A stretch of DNA of 64,000 bases from Eukaryota sp. GEM-RC1 (Eukaryota), in NCBI GenBank assembly GCA_040285855.1, contig JAUFOQ010000004.1, positions 620,001-684,000 on the forward strand, written 5' to 3'. A program made the translations under genes and the position numbers. Shown here piece by piece: positions 1 through 12,776 of the stretch. Under the pieces are notes generated by a model. It ran no database searches. It saw nothing but the letters and a program-made list of their open reading frames with translations, and had not been told where the DNA came from. Within the stretch, counting starts at the first letter, position 1, and every line of letters begins with the position of its first letter.

Positions 1-1718
1 AAGAAGTTATCAGCAAAGGCTTCAAGCCCAAGTTCAATTACTGAATCTGGAATAACAACAGAAACCAACTCAAAATTTTGAAAAGCCTTGTTGTGAATTG
101 AGACTATTTGAACACCGTTAATACTGGACGGAATCTCAACATGTACTCCAAAGGTTTTATCATATCCCGTTAGATCTCCCAAGGTAAAGTCTACAGTGAA
201 TCCATGGGGATTCAACACCACGGTAATCAGGTTAGAAGAATCTACGTCAATTACCATTGTCTTTTCCAAGTAACTGGGATTCATAACAACTACTTCATAG
301 ACACCAGGGATCAACTCTGGTACAGAAACGGTTCCTTCGACGTCACCATCAATTATAAAAACGTCATCATGGTCCAAAACAAACTTAACTCGAGGATAAT
401 CGATTGCCACTAAGGTCTCAGCATTAAGAACATTGAATTCAAGAGAGAAGACCACCAAGTCGAGAGAAAATTGAAGGGAATCATCATCTTTGACCACGTT
501 GTAGGGAAATGATTTAGGAATATATCCATCGAGCTGTAAGTGGAAAACGTAAGAACCGTACGCCAAATTTTCAAGTACGAATCTTCCTTCTTCATCAGTA
601 AAGGTTTGAAACACCCCAAAATCAATGGAAGATAGGGAAACATTAACATTTGTAAGTGCAATTGAGTTATGTGCAATGATACCAGAAACATTGAAAACCT
701 TTGTTCTGAAGACAAACATAAACGACAGAACAAGGAGCAGAACAAGAAAGCAAATACCAGCAGCAATCGCAAGTAATTTAAAAATCTCTTGTTTCTTTAT
801 CTCTTTCTTCTTTGGTGGTCTGTCTAACAAGAGATTTGCAGAGAGTGGCTTAGGGTCTGTGGACATTTCAATAAGAGTTATACCATCGAGTAAAGAGGAA
901 TCGCACTCCAAGGAAGAGTCTGGAGAAGAATTGAAGCGATCAAGTAGTGTTTGGAAGTCAGAGTCAGAGGACTCAGCCAAAGGAGTTGATTTGAGACTTT
1001 TTTGCGCAAACTCAGATACTGTTACAGCAATGTAGTTCTGAGTGACAGGGTCAAAAGTAACAGCCTGGCCATCTTGGTTTGTAAGAAGAAGAGAAACAGA
1101 AAGATCAGAGTAAGCACATTCTGCACTTTGTTCAGAGAGCTTTCGCAGAACCATTTTAAGCTGGTCACAAGGATCTTGGGGAATATCATGACCTAAGGAG
1201 CGGATTAAAGAGAGATAGTTTTGAGTAATAGCAAAGAGCAGAGGAGGTTCATCATCATCATGTGATTGATCATATTCGACCTTACAGTTGTTGCACACTA
1301 GGAGAAGCTGTTCCCTGGGGATTTCCAGCACAACCGTAGCATACGACTCTAGAAAACAGCGGTAGCAATCATAAATGAAATCTGAATTACCAGTTGTTTC
1401 AACCAGCTTTTGAACAACGGAATCAGACAAGCCAATATTGAAAACTGTAATCAGAAAAATTGTTGGGTTGTCACCTACCTGTATTTTGAGTAGCATCGGA
1501 AACAGGTTTAACTGTTAGAAACAAGGGAACCACAACAGACGCAAACCTGTTGCCTACAATCTCCTGAAGACCGTAAATTTGATCTGATAGCCATGAATGT
1601 GGAAGTGTTCCTTCAGCATCACAAAGTAACGAAATATCCTGGAGTAAGAAAAAAAAAGATGATGTCAAACCTTAGTAGAACACGTGAATCCTAGACCTGC
1701 TTTATGTTCCTCATCCAT
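1..1718 (-). CDS. BspA-like LRR membrane protein, copy A (5' part only; runs off the window start); PPDK-like N-terminus, TM helix, carboxypeptidase-regulatory-like domains
   Basis: Reverse complement closely matches 52632-54335. ATG at 1718 (MDEEHKAGLGFTCSTK) and the same two short introns as copy B. Confidence 0.85.
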
Positions 1719-1744
1719 CGTCAATCAGATACGAAGAGGGGCTA

Positions 1745-2340
1745 GAATCTAGCCGCTAGATGCTACAAAAATGATTTTACTGAAGTTTGATTTTCCTTCT
1801 AGTTCCGGAACTTGAGGAATGGACGAATTCCCTCCCATTTGTTAAGAATCTGTCTGCTCTGATAGTGGATCAATGTCAATGCTGCCTACTGGTTAAGGTA
1901 GACTAAAACGTTTGAAAAACTAAGTTCCAGACTGATCGATCAAAACTGATCTTCTTCACTCCCATCTTCAATCAAAGGTCCTCTTCCTCACTCTCCTCAG
2001 TCTCAAGACATTGTACACAACTAATCTCAGAAGTCATTTGTTCAGATTGGCTTCTGCTGAGAACAGTTTGCTGGGTAGCCCAGCTAACTTTGCCTTCATG
2101 ATTTTATTTATATTAATTGTCCAATTGAAGTTCTTGTCACACATAGTGTTGCAGTGGTGACACTTGAGTACCACCTCACGGTTTCAATTCTGCATTTTTC
2201 TCAAATAAAAGCTTCTTTTATTCTACATGTACGTTCTTCTTCGAAATCCAAACGCTGCCTTTTTAAGTAGCAATATTACCACTTTTTCGTTCATTTCCTC
2301 TTTCTAGCCTATTGGATCTGGACATTTGGTTCCATGATCG
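1745..2340 (-). pseudogene. Relic of a Fanzor/TnpB C-terminus plus 3' non-coding region
   Basis: Minus strand reads VLKCHHCNTMCDKNFNWTINIIKIMK (CxxC plus degenerate RuvC-III). Homologous to 52105-52605, which keeps WDRD. Confidence 0.6.
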
Positions 2341-3854
2341 TCAGCTGTTTTTGAAAGAAACTCCGTTGTAGAGCTCCCTCCATATCCATCTTAGATCAGC
2401 ATTTTATCAACAAGAAATGTCTTGATATAATGATTGATGAATATTTGCCAGAAAAACTTACCTGAAGAAGTACCTATTTTGGATGTACATAATTCTTGTA
2501 TATACAATCTTTTCTTTGTGGAATTTAATGAACTAAAACAAAAAATGATATTGAATCAAGATAGAGAACGAGGTAATATCAGTTGTTGATCAGCAACCAG
2601 AATGAAGACAGAGAAGGTGAATTAAGTCTGAGGAAATAGTGTGCAAGTGACACCAGTCTTTATTTGCTGAATGTATTATAGTTTGACTTAAGTATTAATG
2701 AAAACAGATCATGAATACATGTATTTGATCACTGTACAGTACATCTCTTTTGTCTTTGTACACTACTAACAACACAGATAATACACAATCATTACCTTCA
2801 CAGTGTAGATTTGTGTTCTTCTGTATGCGGGAAAATGTAGTTCTAGAAGGTGCCACACAATATGCAAGCAGAACAAGTCTGGGCATTTTGCAGCTCTTGT
2901 TATGTAGTGGATGAGGGGAATCCTGTAATACGAATTAACTTTCAGAATCGAATATATATTGTATTATACAGTATCCTCACTACACCAATTGATTACATTC
3001 GTCTCACAAAAAATAGTCTCCATGAAACTAATTCCGATATGATAGTTTCAATTTTGTCCTCCCAAAATAATACTGTTGATGTTTTTAACAAGAAAGTTGT
3101 AACAGTAATACAAATGATTGAATTGTGCTTTTACAGTTAGCAGATCTTGATTACTGATAGGATCAACTTAAAACCCTACTTAACCATATGATTCACTAAA
3201 TCATTTTTAATGACTTCATTGGTAGCTTTAAAACTCAAAGCATCTTCCAAGATCCATTTGGAGATGATACTTGAGTGTGGCATGTATATCAGTTGACCAT
3301 TGATCTTCCAGAAATCGGGACGACACACAAATACTAGTATATCAAGGGCAGAGTTTATGCATTCAAGAGATTGGTAACTTGAATTAGGGGAAGGTGTTTC
3401 AAAGAAAAATGATGTCATGGATACCGTCAAAAATCTAATACAAGGCTACACTCAAACCCAAAAATTGGGGGATGGCACTCTATCAAATTTATAATAAACT
3501 TAGACCTATTAGGAGTAAATCTCAAACAAGAATTTAAATTAAATCCAATCTAGAGACTTAAACTAAACACCTTTGTAGAGACAAGTTTTATGCTTCATGT
3601 ACTGCCAAACATTGGACTTCATACTTCAAACCTCAATTTTGATTGTGCTTATTGTGGTAAAAATCAAAATTGCTTCTAAATATAATTTGATGCATTGAGC
3701 TTTCGACACACTATTAATCAATGTTAACCCAAAGAATATTAAGTACATTGATCAAACCGTTTAAATAAAGAGTAAAGAGAACCTAATAATCAACATATCG
3801 ATGTCATAAATCTTAATTTATTCTAAATGTATTAGATTAAATAACTTGAATTTA

Positions 3855-3915
3855 ATATGATTAAAACAACACCCGTCGCAATCAAATCTTAGAACAGCTT
3901 TCCCCTCATAAGGAC
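3855..3915 (-). mobile_element. Short 3'-end fragment of the RLE non-LTR retrotransposon family
   Basis: attaaaacaacacccgtcgcaatcaaa..cttagaacagcttt is nearly identical to 51383-51440. Confidence 0.5.
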
Positions 3916-5818
3916 CGTGTTTTAAGAAAAGAACCAGATGGGCTCTGATACAGGATATAATATATTGTAGTGTAATAGATTGGAATACATATTGTGTCTG
4001 TGCAACTAGTACAATATATTTATTGCAAGACTGAATTTATTGCAATATATTACAATATTTGGATTCGTTTAATTCACAGAACAATCTGGTTCTTGTGTTC
4101 TTAGACTTGGAGATGTGATAGAGTACGTGAATGTACCAATTTATGAAGATCCAAATAGAAGTGATGATCTCAAATTTTTGTGGTTTCATGGCACAACACC
4201 AGTACAAAAATATTGTATGAACCTTTGTTTATATGGGAATCACCCCTTCGGCTTACAGGTAACATTGAAGGTAACGTCACTTATCCCCGGAATCTTTGGA
4301 AGTTGAGTTCTTACTGCTATACAACTACAACCAACAACATTGATGATACTTGTTCGTGCCAGAAAATAAGGAATTCGATGTTTATAAACCTAAATAAATA
4401 TGTATAAAGAACTATTCTAAAACCTTTGGCTAACACTGAGACGAGAACACAATCAAATCCGTAATTTGATATCGTTCTTTATATCCAAATTGTTTCAAAA
4501 ACTGATAATGATTCGGAGTTGAACCACGTGATCTGTTTCTGGGTTGTTGTAACTTGTTTGGAGATTATTCTTGCTTCATAAGAAGATCTGCTTCGTCCTA
4601 ATATCTGCTTCCACCAACAAAAATTCTTGCTGTTTAGAAAATAATTTCTAATCGCCCTCAATTTACTTACAGGAACAAGTAACGTTACGTACATTACCTT
4701 GTAGCACAATTCTTAATCTCTGTAGAGTTATATGGGGGTATTGCAATATAGTGCAATACATAAATTCTAATGTGCTACAATATCAATATAAGTTTTGCAA
4801 TATTCACAAAGCACAATGTATTTATTCCATTATTGAAAACGAACAATATATATACAACATAATTTTCGGCGTCCCTGCTTTGATAGAAGGTGTTGTTAGA
4901 TGATATACGACGAGCACAATATCGATATACTGTCAAGATGTGTGCTGTAGGGGCATTTTCTTCAAATCCTGTTCCAATCTTAACACCCATTAGATAACGT
5001 TGACATACACAACTTTCTAATTGTCTTCTGCTCCGCCCCTTACATTTTTATCACGTCATCGTCTACTACACTAAGCTGTCTCATCAGCACATTAGTCTCA
5101 ATACCAAAACCTAAGAATCAGGGCTTGTTAGAATTTTAAAATACAATGTGTTACAACAGTAGTACTTTAATACGGTGTTGCAATAACTTTCTGTTTTTTA
5201 ACTCTAGAATAAAACGATATTTATTGTAAAAGATGTACAGTACATCTGTTGATGATTATGAAAAGGTGCTCTAGTCTAGAGCACCCCTTAAACTAAAGAA
5301 AAAAGGTGCTCTAGAATAGAGCACATTAAAAAAGGGTATAGTATTCTAAATAGAGTTGGAGACTAATTTAAGTGATTGAAATCTCTGGTTGGACATTGTT
5401 GTTTTCGATGCTTTTGAAACAAATCACCTTACCTCAACACCCTACATTCAATCATTCTTTTGACCCCGATGACGTCATCCGATGACGTGATGAAACAGAA
5501 CAACATAATCTTGAAATATAAACACAGACTCCCCAAAACAGCAGTTCAAAGCTGAACAAAGAGAAACTGGGAGAGCAGGAGCCACCATTAATCAAATGCT
5601 AATTAAGTAAGTTAATTATACCAATACAAAACTGATGCGTTTTGTGTAAAAGTGTGTAAGGACTTGTTTTCATTGAATTTAAATGAATGTGGTATTATGA
5701 GATTAATTAGAAAAGCTTCAGAATTAGCAAAGAGGAGATACACCTAGCTCAATACTGAACCATCAGCTCAAAAGTGGATGTACTAGTAGTAACACAAAGT
5801 CAACACCAAATCACGTCA

Positions 5819-6964
5819 TCAAATATCAGTTCTATCAAACCCCAAACCTTTCAACAAACTAAGAGCAGCCTTTTCACCAAACTTTCTCCCAGTTCTAGAA
5901 TAACATAAATCAGATAGGTCTTGAACAGCATTATCCGATGATAGTATGAAATTAACTAGAGCACTTGGATTAGGGAATCTTTCCGAGAGCACCATTCTAC
6001 CTTCAATCCCTATACCAGGAATGCAACCCAACATCTTCTGCCATAGAACTTTTGGACTAAATCTTTCACTATCAAACTCTTGCTGTAAGTGGGACGATTT
6101 ACCTCTCAAAACTTGATCAACAGTCATGAGTTCGAATCCATCCCACAACACTTTTTCAAGATCCTCGTCAACAACCAAACTTGATGAAACTTTCTGTTCT
6201 AATTTCTTTGTAAAAGAAACCAAAAGATGAGAAAACTCGTTTTCATTTCCAAATATTTGAAGTAGAAAACCACATTCAAAGTCCATTCGATGACAAGCTG
6301 TCCTTAAAGCTTTCCCATCCCGGTCATCACCTCCAACATCGCCAATAACAGCAAAAATACCAGTAGTGTAAACTTTGTTCTTGAAAAACATGAGCCTTTC
6401 CTTTTGAACTGCCAGTCGTCTATTATGGATTGATTGAAGGAGATCAGCTGTTGATTTTCGTTCAATTACATAGGGCAAAACAAACTCTCCGAATCTTGTA
6501 CTAATTTTCCAAAGGAAATCACCAATCACCAATCGACAAGAGATTGCAGTCACTCCATTGTTGTACAAGAGGTCCAAACCCTTTCTTCTAACTATTAGTT
6601 CTGAAGAATCACACAATAAAGATATTGATTTATCGGGAAGAGATTCTGATTTGACAAAGAAGTCTGTAATTCGTTGAGAAGAAGACTTGGGGGTTGAAGT
6701 TTGAGTAGGGATATCAGGTTCTTGGATGACTGATAAACCTTCAGAAGTCAAAGAGTATAGAGTAAGAGCACCTTTCTGTTTATTGGAAGTAACGAGACCT
6801 TTGGAAGAAAGGGTATACATTTGAGACCAGCCAGTTTTTGGGAAGTTTGGATTGAGTTGTTGAGCTGCTTCTAGTAGATCTGGTTTAGATATTGGTTGTG
6901 AGTGGTTAGACATTGCTTTTAGTAGAACCCAAGGACTACTATTAGGTTTGGGAGCATATGGCAT
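5819..6964 (-). CDS. MUS81: Crossover-junction endonuclease MUS81-like
   Basis: Winged-helix-like start (YAPKPNSSPW...W..M..L..KGLV), ERCC4 motifs IGDFLW and ERKSTADLLQSI..RRL..QKERL, C-terminal HhH (IPGIG). Likely ATG at 6964. Confidence 0.85.
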   Translation of the reverse strand: MPYAPKPNSSPWVLLKAMSNHSQPISKPDLLEAAQQLNPNFPKTGWSQMYTLSSKGLVTSNKQKGALTLYSLTSEGLSVIQEPDIPTQTSTPKSSSQRITDFFVKSESLPDKSISLLCDSSELIVRRKGLDLLYNNGVTAISCRLVIGDFLWKISTRFGEFVLPYVIERKSTADLLQSIHNRRLAVQKERLMFFKNKVYTTGIFAVIGDVGGDDRDGKALRTACHRMDFECGFLLQIFGNENEFSHLLVSFTKKLEQKVSSSLVVDEDLEKVLWDGFELMTVDQVLRGKSSHLQQEFDSERFSPKVLWQKMLGCIPGIGIEGRMVLSERFPNPSALVNFILSSDNAVQDLSDLCYSRTGRKFGEKAALSLLKGLGFDRTDI

Positions 6965-7464
6965 CAGAATGGGTTCGAGTTGGAGGAAGAGCACCTAGAC
7001 AGGAAGTTTCAACTTTTTCCCATCATTGAGGTCCCAACACAAGCAACCTTAATTACTAGCCCAGAAATTTGCCTCTTACTACACTTATTCTTTTCAGCAA
7101 AATGTTAGCCCAGAAATTTGACGGCAATTTAAGGACGACCATTAATTTTAAATGTGTTTTACAAAGATTAAAACTGGTTTTGTTCATAGCTGTCCATTAC
7201 GTCATGTCGTCATGACACTCTGTAATGACGTCATGACAAATTAACACTTTGTGTCATGACAAACGTAAAATCGATAAGTCGTTCAACGCCGTAGTTTTTT
7301 GACAGTTTTCATATACAATCAATAGTAAAGCATGCTAATCAACACAGAGAAGTAGATAGCCAATTGAGTTTGCATAAGACTGTCAGTACTGTACAGTATC
7401 AAAAGAAGATTTATTTGATGTTTTCTAAGTTACCGAGTGTGGCGATTTTTTACTCGGATTCTGT

Positions 7465-8698
7465 ATGTGCGCACCATACTTGTGGATCACAAACACATGT
7501 GATCACACTGGCCTTTTTTTTGTGATCACATCACTTGTGATTTCAAATGTGATCCATACTGAAGTGAAGTCATTAATATAATACATGTATGTGATAAACC
7601 TAGACCAGTTTTAATTGTTCAACAACACTCTTCAGTATGGAACACGAGATTAGAGTCCAATCTGGTGCTCGAAAACTACTTTTACCATTTCCCCACAATG
7701 TCATCACTTCCTTTTCTCCAATCCGATTGTAATAAGGACAATCCGCTTTACCACCTCGTGAAAGTTCGTGAAAACACATCAGGTAAGGAAGACTTTCAAT
7801 GTCAAGGGTGCTATAAGATATCAAACAATAATATATCATACATTAGATTTTACCACAAAATTTACTACTTCTGAAATCATTAATTTGGCTGTCCATCAAT
7901 GGTGGTACTCTGTTGGTAAACAGCTTTATCCACAGTTGAGTCAATTAGCTCAAAGAATTACAGGTCATACTGGTTCAGCATCTACAACAGAAAGGAATTG
8001 GTCTTCATTTGACTTCCAGGTGTCCAAAAGAAGGTTGAAATTGACCAACGATCATTTGGATGGGATAATGGGTAGAATTGTACTCGATATTTTATTGTGG
8101 GTAGATTTGTACCCCACAGCTGGGGAATGGGTATTATTGTACTTTTCCCGATGATTATTCATTTCACTACACTGTACTCCTCTTCTAAAACAAGAACCCA
8201 AAAATTTGAATCTCGGTATTCTCAACTAAATACTTGAGACCAAATCTAGAGGGGGGATGTTCTTTTGGATGTGGAAATGTGGGTCTTTAGTGTTGTTGGC
8301 AGAAGAAGAACAACCGGCAGATACAATGGATGTGGTAGCAAATGTTGATTTCAGAGGTGTTTTTGACGACATCACAGTTGACGATGAGGATGATAAAGAG
8401 GATATTGGAGAAGCTTTTGTGATCGAAGAAGCAGATATGGAGGAGCACATTGATGTAAATTGGTCTCAGGACAGTGAAATAGATCGTGTTCGCAAAAAAA
8501 AGCTGTATGGTTATGTTATTTCGATATGTATAAATATTATAATACATGATTATCAACTTTATTTTTCCCAATAAACAGTATTTGTGATCATAATTTGTGA
8601 TTGTGATCACATGTGATCGTGTGATGTGGTTGTGATTGTGGTTGTGATTGTGATCACACTGACAAAACGAGTGTGATCAACAAGTATGGTGCGCACTG
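7465..8698 (+). mobile_element. Internally deleted hAT transposon
   Basis: TIR gtgcgcaccatacttgt(g/t)gatcaca at both ends, many subterminal gtgatcac motifs, hAT dimerisation motif WWYSVGKQLYPQLSQLAQRI...SASTTERNWS at ~7900-8050. Confidence 0.8.
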
Positions 8699-8812
8699 TA
8701 ATTGAGTTCGATCTGGGTGCAATACAAAAGGATAAATATTAATTTACATTCTTCGCCATCCGTCAAGAAAATACTGGTGAAAAACCTCTTCATGAGAAAT
8801 GACGGTGCAAAA

Positions 8813-9310
8813 TAGGGTTGTTAATCAGTCCATCCCACTAGCTCTATGAACTGAACTGACACATGATGATTAATGTTAATCATATCAACAATTCGTATTT
8901 TTGAATAGACGTTGCTATTTCTTAGTTGACCAGATAGTCACATCAAAACAGATTGTCACCCACACTTTGACAATTACAGTAAATTTTCGCTAACATGATC
9001 AAAATGATTAGCAGAATTTCTTGTTTCTCTCTAAAAGTTTTCTAGATGAATTGATTTGTTTGTATGAAGTGACAAATCATGATGTGATGATTTGATTGAT
9101 GTCTCCGTTTTTGATGAAAATACTGTAAAGGTATTGTCAGATTTTCACAATTGTTAGTGTTTTACTGTGTATTAATGTCACATAAAACGGTCATGTCAAC
9201 GGATGATTATCTTTATTGATGGCTTTTTAACAGACAATATTGGTGAATCCACAAATCGTCAGTTCACTCAGTTCAGTGCATAAACTGGGCTGAACTGATT
9301 AACAACCCTA
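8813..9310. mobile_element. hAT-type MITE
   Basis: TIR tagggttgttaatcagt / actgattaacaacccta with a perfect 8-bp TSD gtgcaaaa. Confidence 0.9.
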
Positions 9311-9697
9311 GTGCAAAATACCAATGTAATTTCATATTTGAATGTTATAACATTACTGATACTACAGTAAAAATACATTACATAGACCAAATGTGTTGAG
9401 ATGAAAAATTCAAGTGTAGGTTTTTATTTAGATTAAATCAGGTTCCATTATCGCGAAATGAAACTGGAAAGTATATTAGAATACTGAATTCATTGGCAAT
9501 TCTCAGTTATTGTATTTACTTACACACTAACAAAAAGTTCTTAACACAAAGTTAAAGCGGTAGCATAGCTCGCACTTAGAAAGTTAGATTTTGTTTTATA
9601 GTTTAAACAAACTCGACACGCATTAAACACTCAAAGGTCTCTGCCAATTTCAGTAAAGCTGGAATAAAAAAAGTGTTTAGAATGAACAATGAAAACT

Positions 9698-11784
9698 TCA
9701 AGAAGGATCTCCCTCAATATAATCAAGAAGCAATTCCGAACGTCTTCGGAACACATTCCTGGAAAACAGAAATCTCCAGAAAGATCTCCTGGAAGTCCTA
9801 AAAGACATATTACTGGTATTCCGAGATCGTTGTCCAACGGAGGAAGGCTTTAATACAACGGAATCTGAACCTGAATAGAAATGACGTTGTCTCTTTGAGA
9901 AAAAGAAGAGTTCTTGCAAATTGCGATTATTACGGACACTCATAGCTAATTTAAGAAAGTCTGGATTGGAGACCGACTTTGATAAGCTGTTGAAACACTG
10001 AAGTAATTTTCTTGGTAATATTTTGGAACAATAAAATACAAACACAATGTTACATACAGTACCGTCAACAAAAGCAATTCCTGTTTTGGATCTGAAAATA
10101 ACTAACTCCAAAAAATCAGCTTCATTACTTACAGCAGCAGACAGCACAGCAATCTTTGGAGAAAAAACGTATCCACAACAATCTTCAGCTTCAACCAACA
10201 CGTTTACTATATCTTCAGTTGATATACCGTGTTGATCATGAATAGCATCTGCACACAAATTAAAAGCATCAATTGAGTGAGTAAAATTAAAATCAAGAAC
10301 AATTGATCGTTCAACAATTTCATCAAAATAATCTGGTTTGAAGTCCTTTGTGCGGATAGCCAAGAGTTCATCTTCGATATGAGAACGAGACGAAATAGCA
10401 AGGTTGGAGCATAAGAAGGATAGAATTGATTCGAAGTGACCAGTTTTGTTTCGAACATAGAATAAATACCACAGAAACAGAATTGCCAACATTATCGAAA
10501 TTGATAGATAACTGAGAGAACCCATTTGAACTAGTAAAAAGACATTAACTACCACTCCAAAGATATTTAAAAAGGGAAAACAAATACTTTCAAACTGGGT
10601 TGGTAAACAGCGAACTTAGAGGATCTAAACACAATACCAGCGATTAAAACTAACATATTACTGAGTAGAAACTGAACACTGGCTACTTTAGCCAAACCTT
10701 GGACATCGAGTCCTGACAGAGAGGCTACAATGATCATCCAAGTGGCAATTAAGCCGTTAACAGGGGTTTTAAATTTGGTAGATGTATACCCGAGGAAACG
10801 CGGTAGGATATTGTCTCGTGACATAGCTACGGGACTTCTGGCAGAGGAGAGAACGCCAGAATTAAGAGTTGTAGTGTAGGCAATGAAGGATGCAATGTTG
10901 ATCGCAGTGCCAGCCCATTTACCAAAAGAAACCCTGGCAGCATCAGCAACAGGAGTGTATGACGACGCAAGCTCATCTGGAGATAACGAAGTGATAACAA
11001 CTATGAGGATGAGCACATAAAGGAATAGGATGGAGAAGAAGCTGATGAATATCCCTCTGGGAATCGTTTTGTCAGGATCATTGATTTCTTCCTAAAGTAA
11101 AAAAAAGTGGTAATCAAACATACGAAACAGCTACGATCTTAGTGATACCTCCAAAAGCAACAGAGACACTAGCAGTACCGACTGCTGAAAAAAATACAGG
11201 CCATCCGTTGGTTAAAAATGGTGTGAAATTGCCGGCATTATTTGGAACTGCTTTCAAACCAACAACACTAAACACAGAGAGGATGATGAGTAGTCCAATA
11301 ACTAAGAAGTTCTGAATAGATTTCGTTCCCTTCATTGTCAGAATGTTGATTGTAACGAAAACAGTTGTACAAAAAATAGCAACACCCGAAACCATTGTAG
11401 GAGAAGCATCAGGATAAACAGTGGTACGAAGAGCTCCAAGTCCCAGGGCAGCATAAGCAGTCTAGAGTGAGTAAAACAGATGAAAAACCTTAAAGGTGAT
11501 TGAAAACCATGATGCAAAGCCACATACGCTTCCCAAATATGGTCCAAGAGCACGAAAAACTGAGTAGAACGTGAGTCCAGATATTGGCATACTAGTAGCC
11601 AACTCCGCTTTAACGAGTTATTACAGCTTTAACGAGTCATCGCAGCAACAATATAGGCGGCAATCATCGATGGTCCTGTCATTTGAAAAGCGACTGCGGG
11701 CAGTAAAAAAATTCCGGAACTAACCATCGCTCCAGAACAAATAGAGAACACATCAAACAAGCCTAGAGTTCTTGATAAGGTCAT
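9698..11784 (-). CDS. APC-family amino acid permease with a C-terminal PTS EIIA-like domain; frame-disrupted, possibly a pseudogene
   Basis: ATG at 11784: MTLSRTLGLFDVFSICSGAMVSSGIFLLP...AELATSMP; later EEINDPDKTIPRG and SARSPVAMSRDNILP. Introns at 11462-11488 and ~11092-11123. Tail LVIFRSKTGIAFVDGTVCNIVFVF resembles the EIIA (PtsN/fructose) fold. Confidence 0.8.
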
Positions 11785-12776
11785 TGTCAAGAGAAACTAT
11801 AACGCAAGCAAAGATCAAAAAAGATTAGTCAAAAAAACCGGTTAGAAACTGTTTTCCCTTATAGTATAGTTCCGTAGTCAATCTGTTTTTCAAACATTGC
11901 CTAGCTTAACCCCCGGAATTAACTACTGTGGTCGACTTACTACTATGCTTAGACTACAACTCTGGTCCAAATATTGATACATGTACTAGTATTTGGTGAG
12001 TTTTGGCCCACTTTTTCTAATACTGATGTGGACATATAGGACACACCATTCCTTTCAACACCGCTCGATGTATTACTTGAGGACGAGTGAATGACTTTCC
12101 ATCTTCCTGACTTCCTGACTCTCCTATCTTCGACTCGTATGCTTTGTACGTATAACCGAGCTCTCTTCTCCAATTGCTTGTTCAGTATGTCTAAAGATCT
12201 CGATTTCAACACAAAAACACCAGTAGAAAAGTGTCAAGCACCTCAGGATCAGCTATTCTATTATATTTACCCATCAGGTATCTATACCCAAGGAAGTATC
12301 CACCCATTGTAGTACAGGTTCCAATGATTTCGTTCACCTTCCAAACCATTGACATATCTATTATAATGGAACATATTACAGTTATCAGCTGCATCGTCTT
12401 TTGCATAGTTTGTTCCCTGTATAGCAGCTTTCCAGAGTAAATGTTAAACATCATTCGTTGTGTGAATTCCAATAGTTATTGTTTCATTTACTGGTCATTA
12501 GAAACAACACATGTTGTGACAAGCAATCAATGATGTTAATCAATTTACAGTATTTTTTTCACTGTATAACTATCGTCACGTACACAGTATGAATCAACTA
12601 GATTGTCAAAATCGACCATATTTTTGTAAGAAAAAACGATAATAATGTCGGAGGTTTATCAACAAAGATAGGATATATAGAATATGATACAGAAAAAACA
12701 AAAATAAATTAACAAAGGACAAAGTTGCAAATCGCTCCAAACAATTGCAATGCCACGATAACCGAAGAACCCAAAA

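Noticed and set aside
204..1196. Plus-strand ORFs at 204, 625 and 1002, and their mirror ORFs at 53151-59022 on the minus strand
   Set aside because: Antisense shadows of the BspA-like genes; their repetition follows the duplication and the 654-bp array.
5263..5330. Repeated palindrome ggtgctctag..tagagcac
   Set aside because: Probably subterminal motifs of a decayed MITE; no ends or partner could be defined.
11949..12472. Overlapping short ORFs between the permease and DYRK genes
   Set aside because: No recognisable motif and stops in all frames; at most an unidentified pseudogene.
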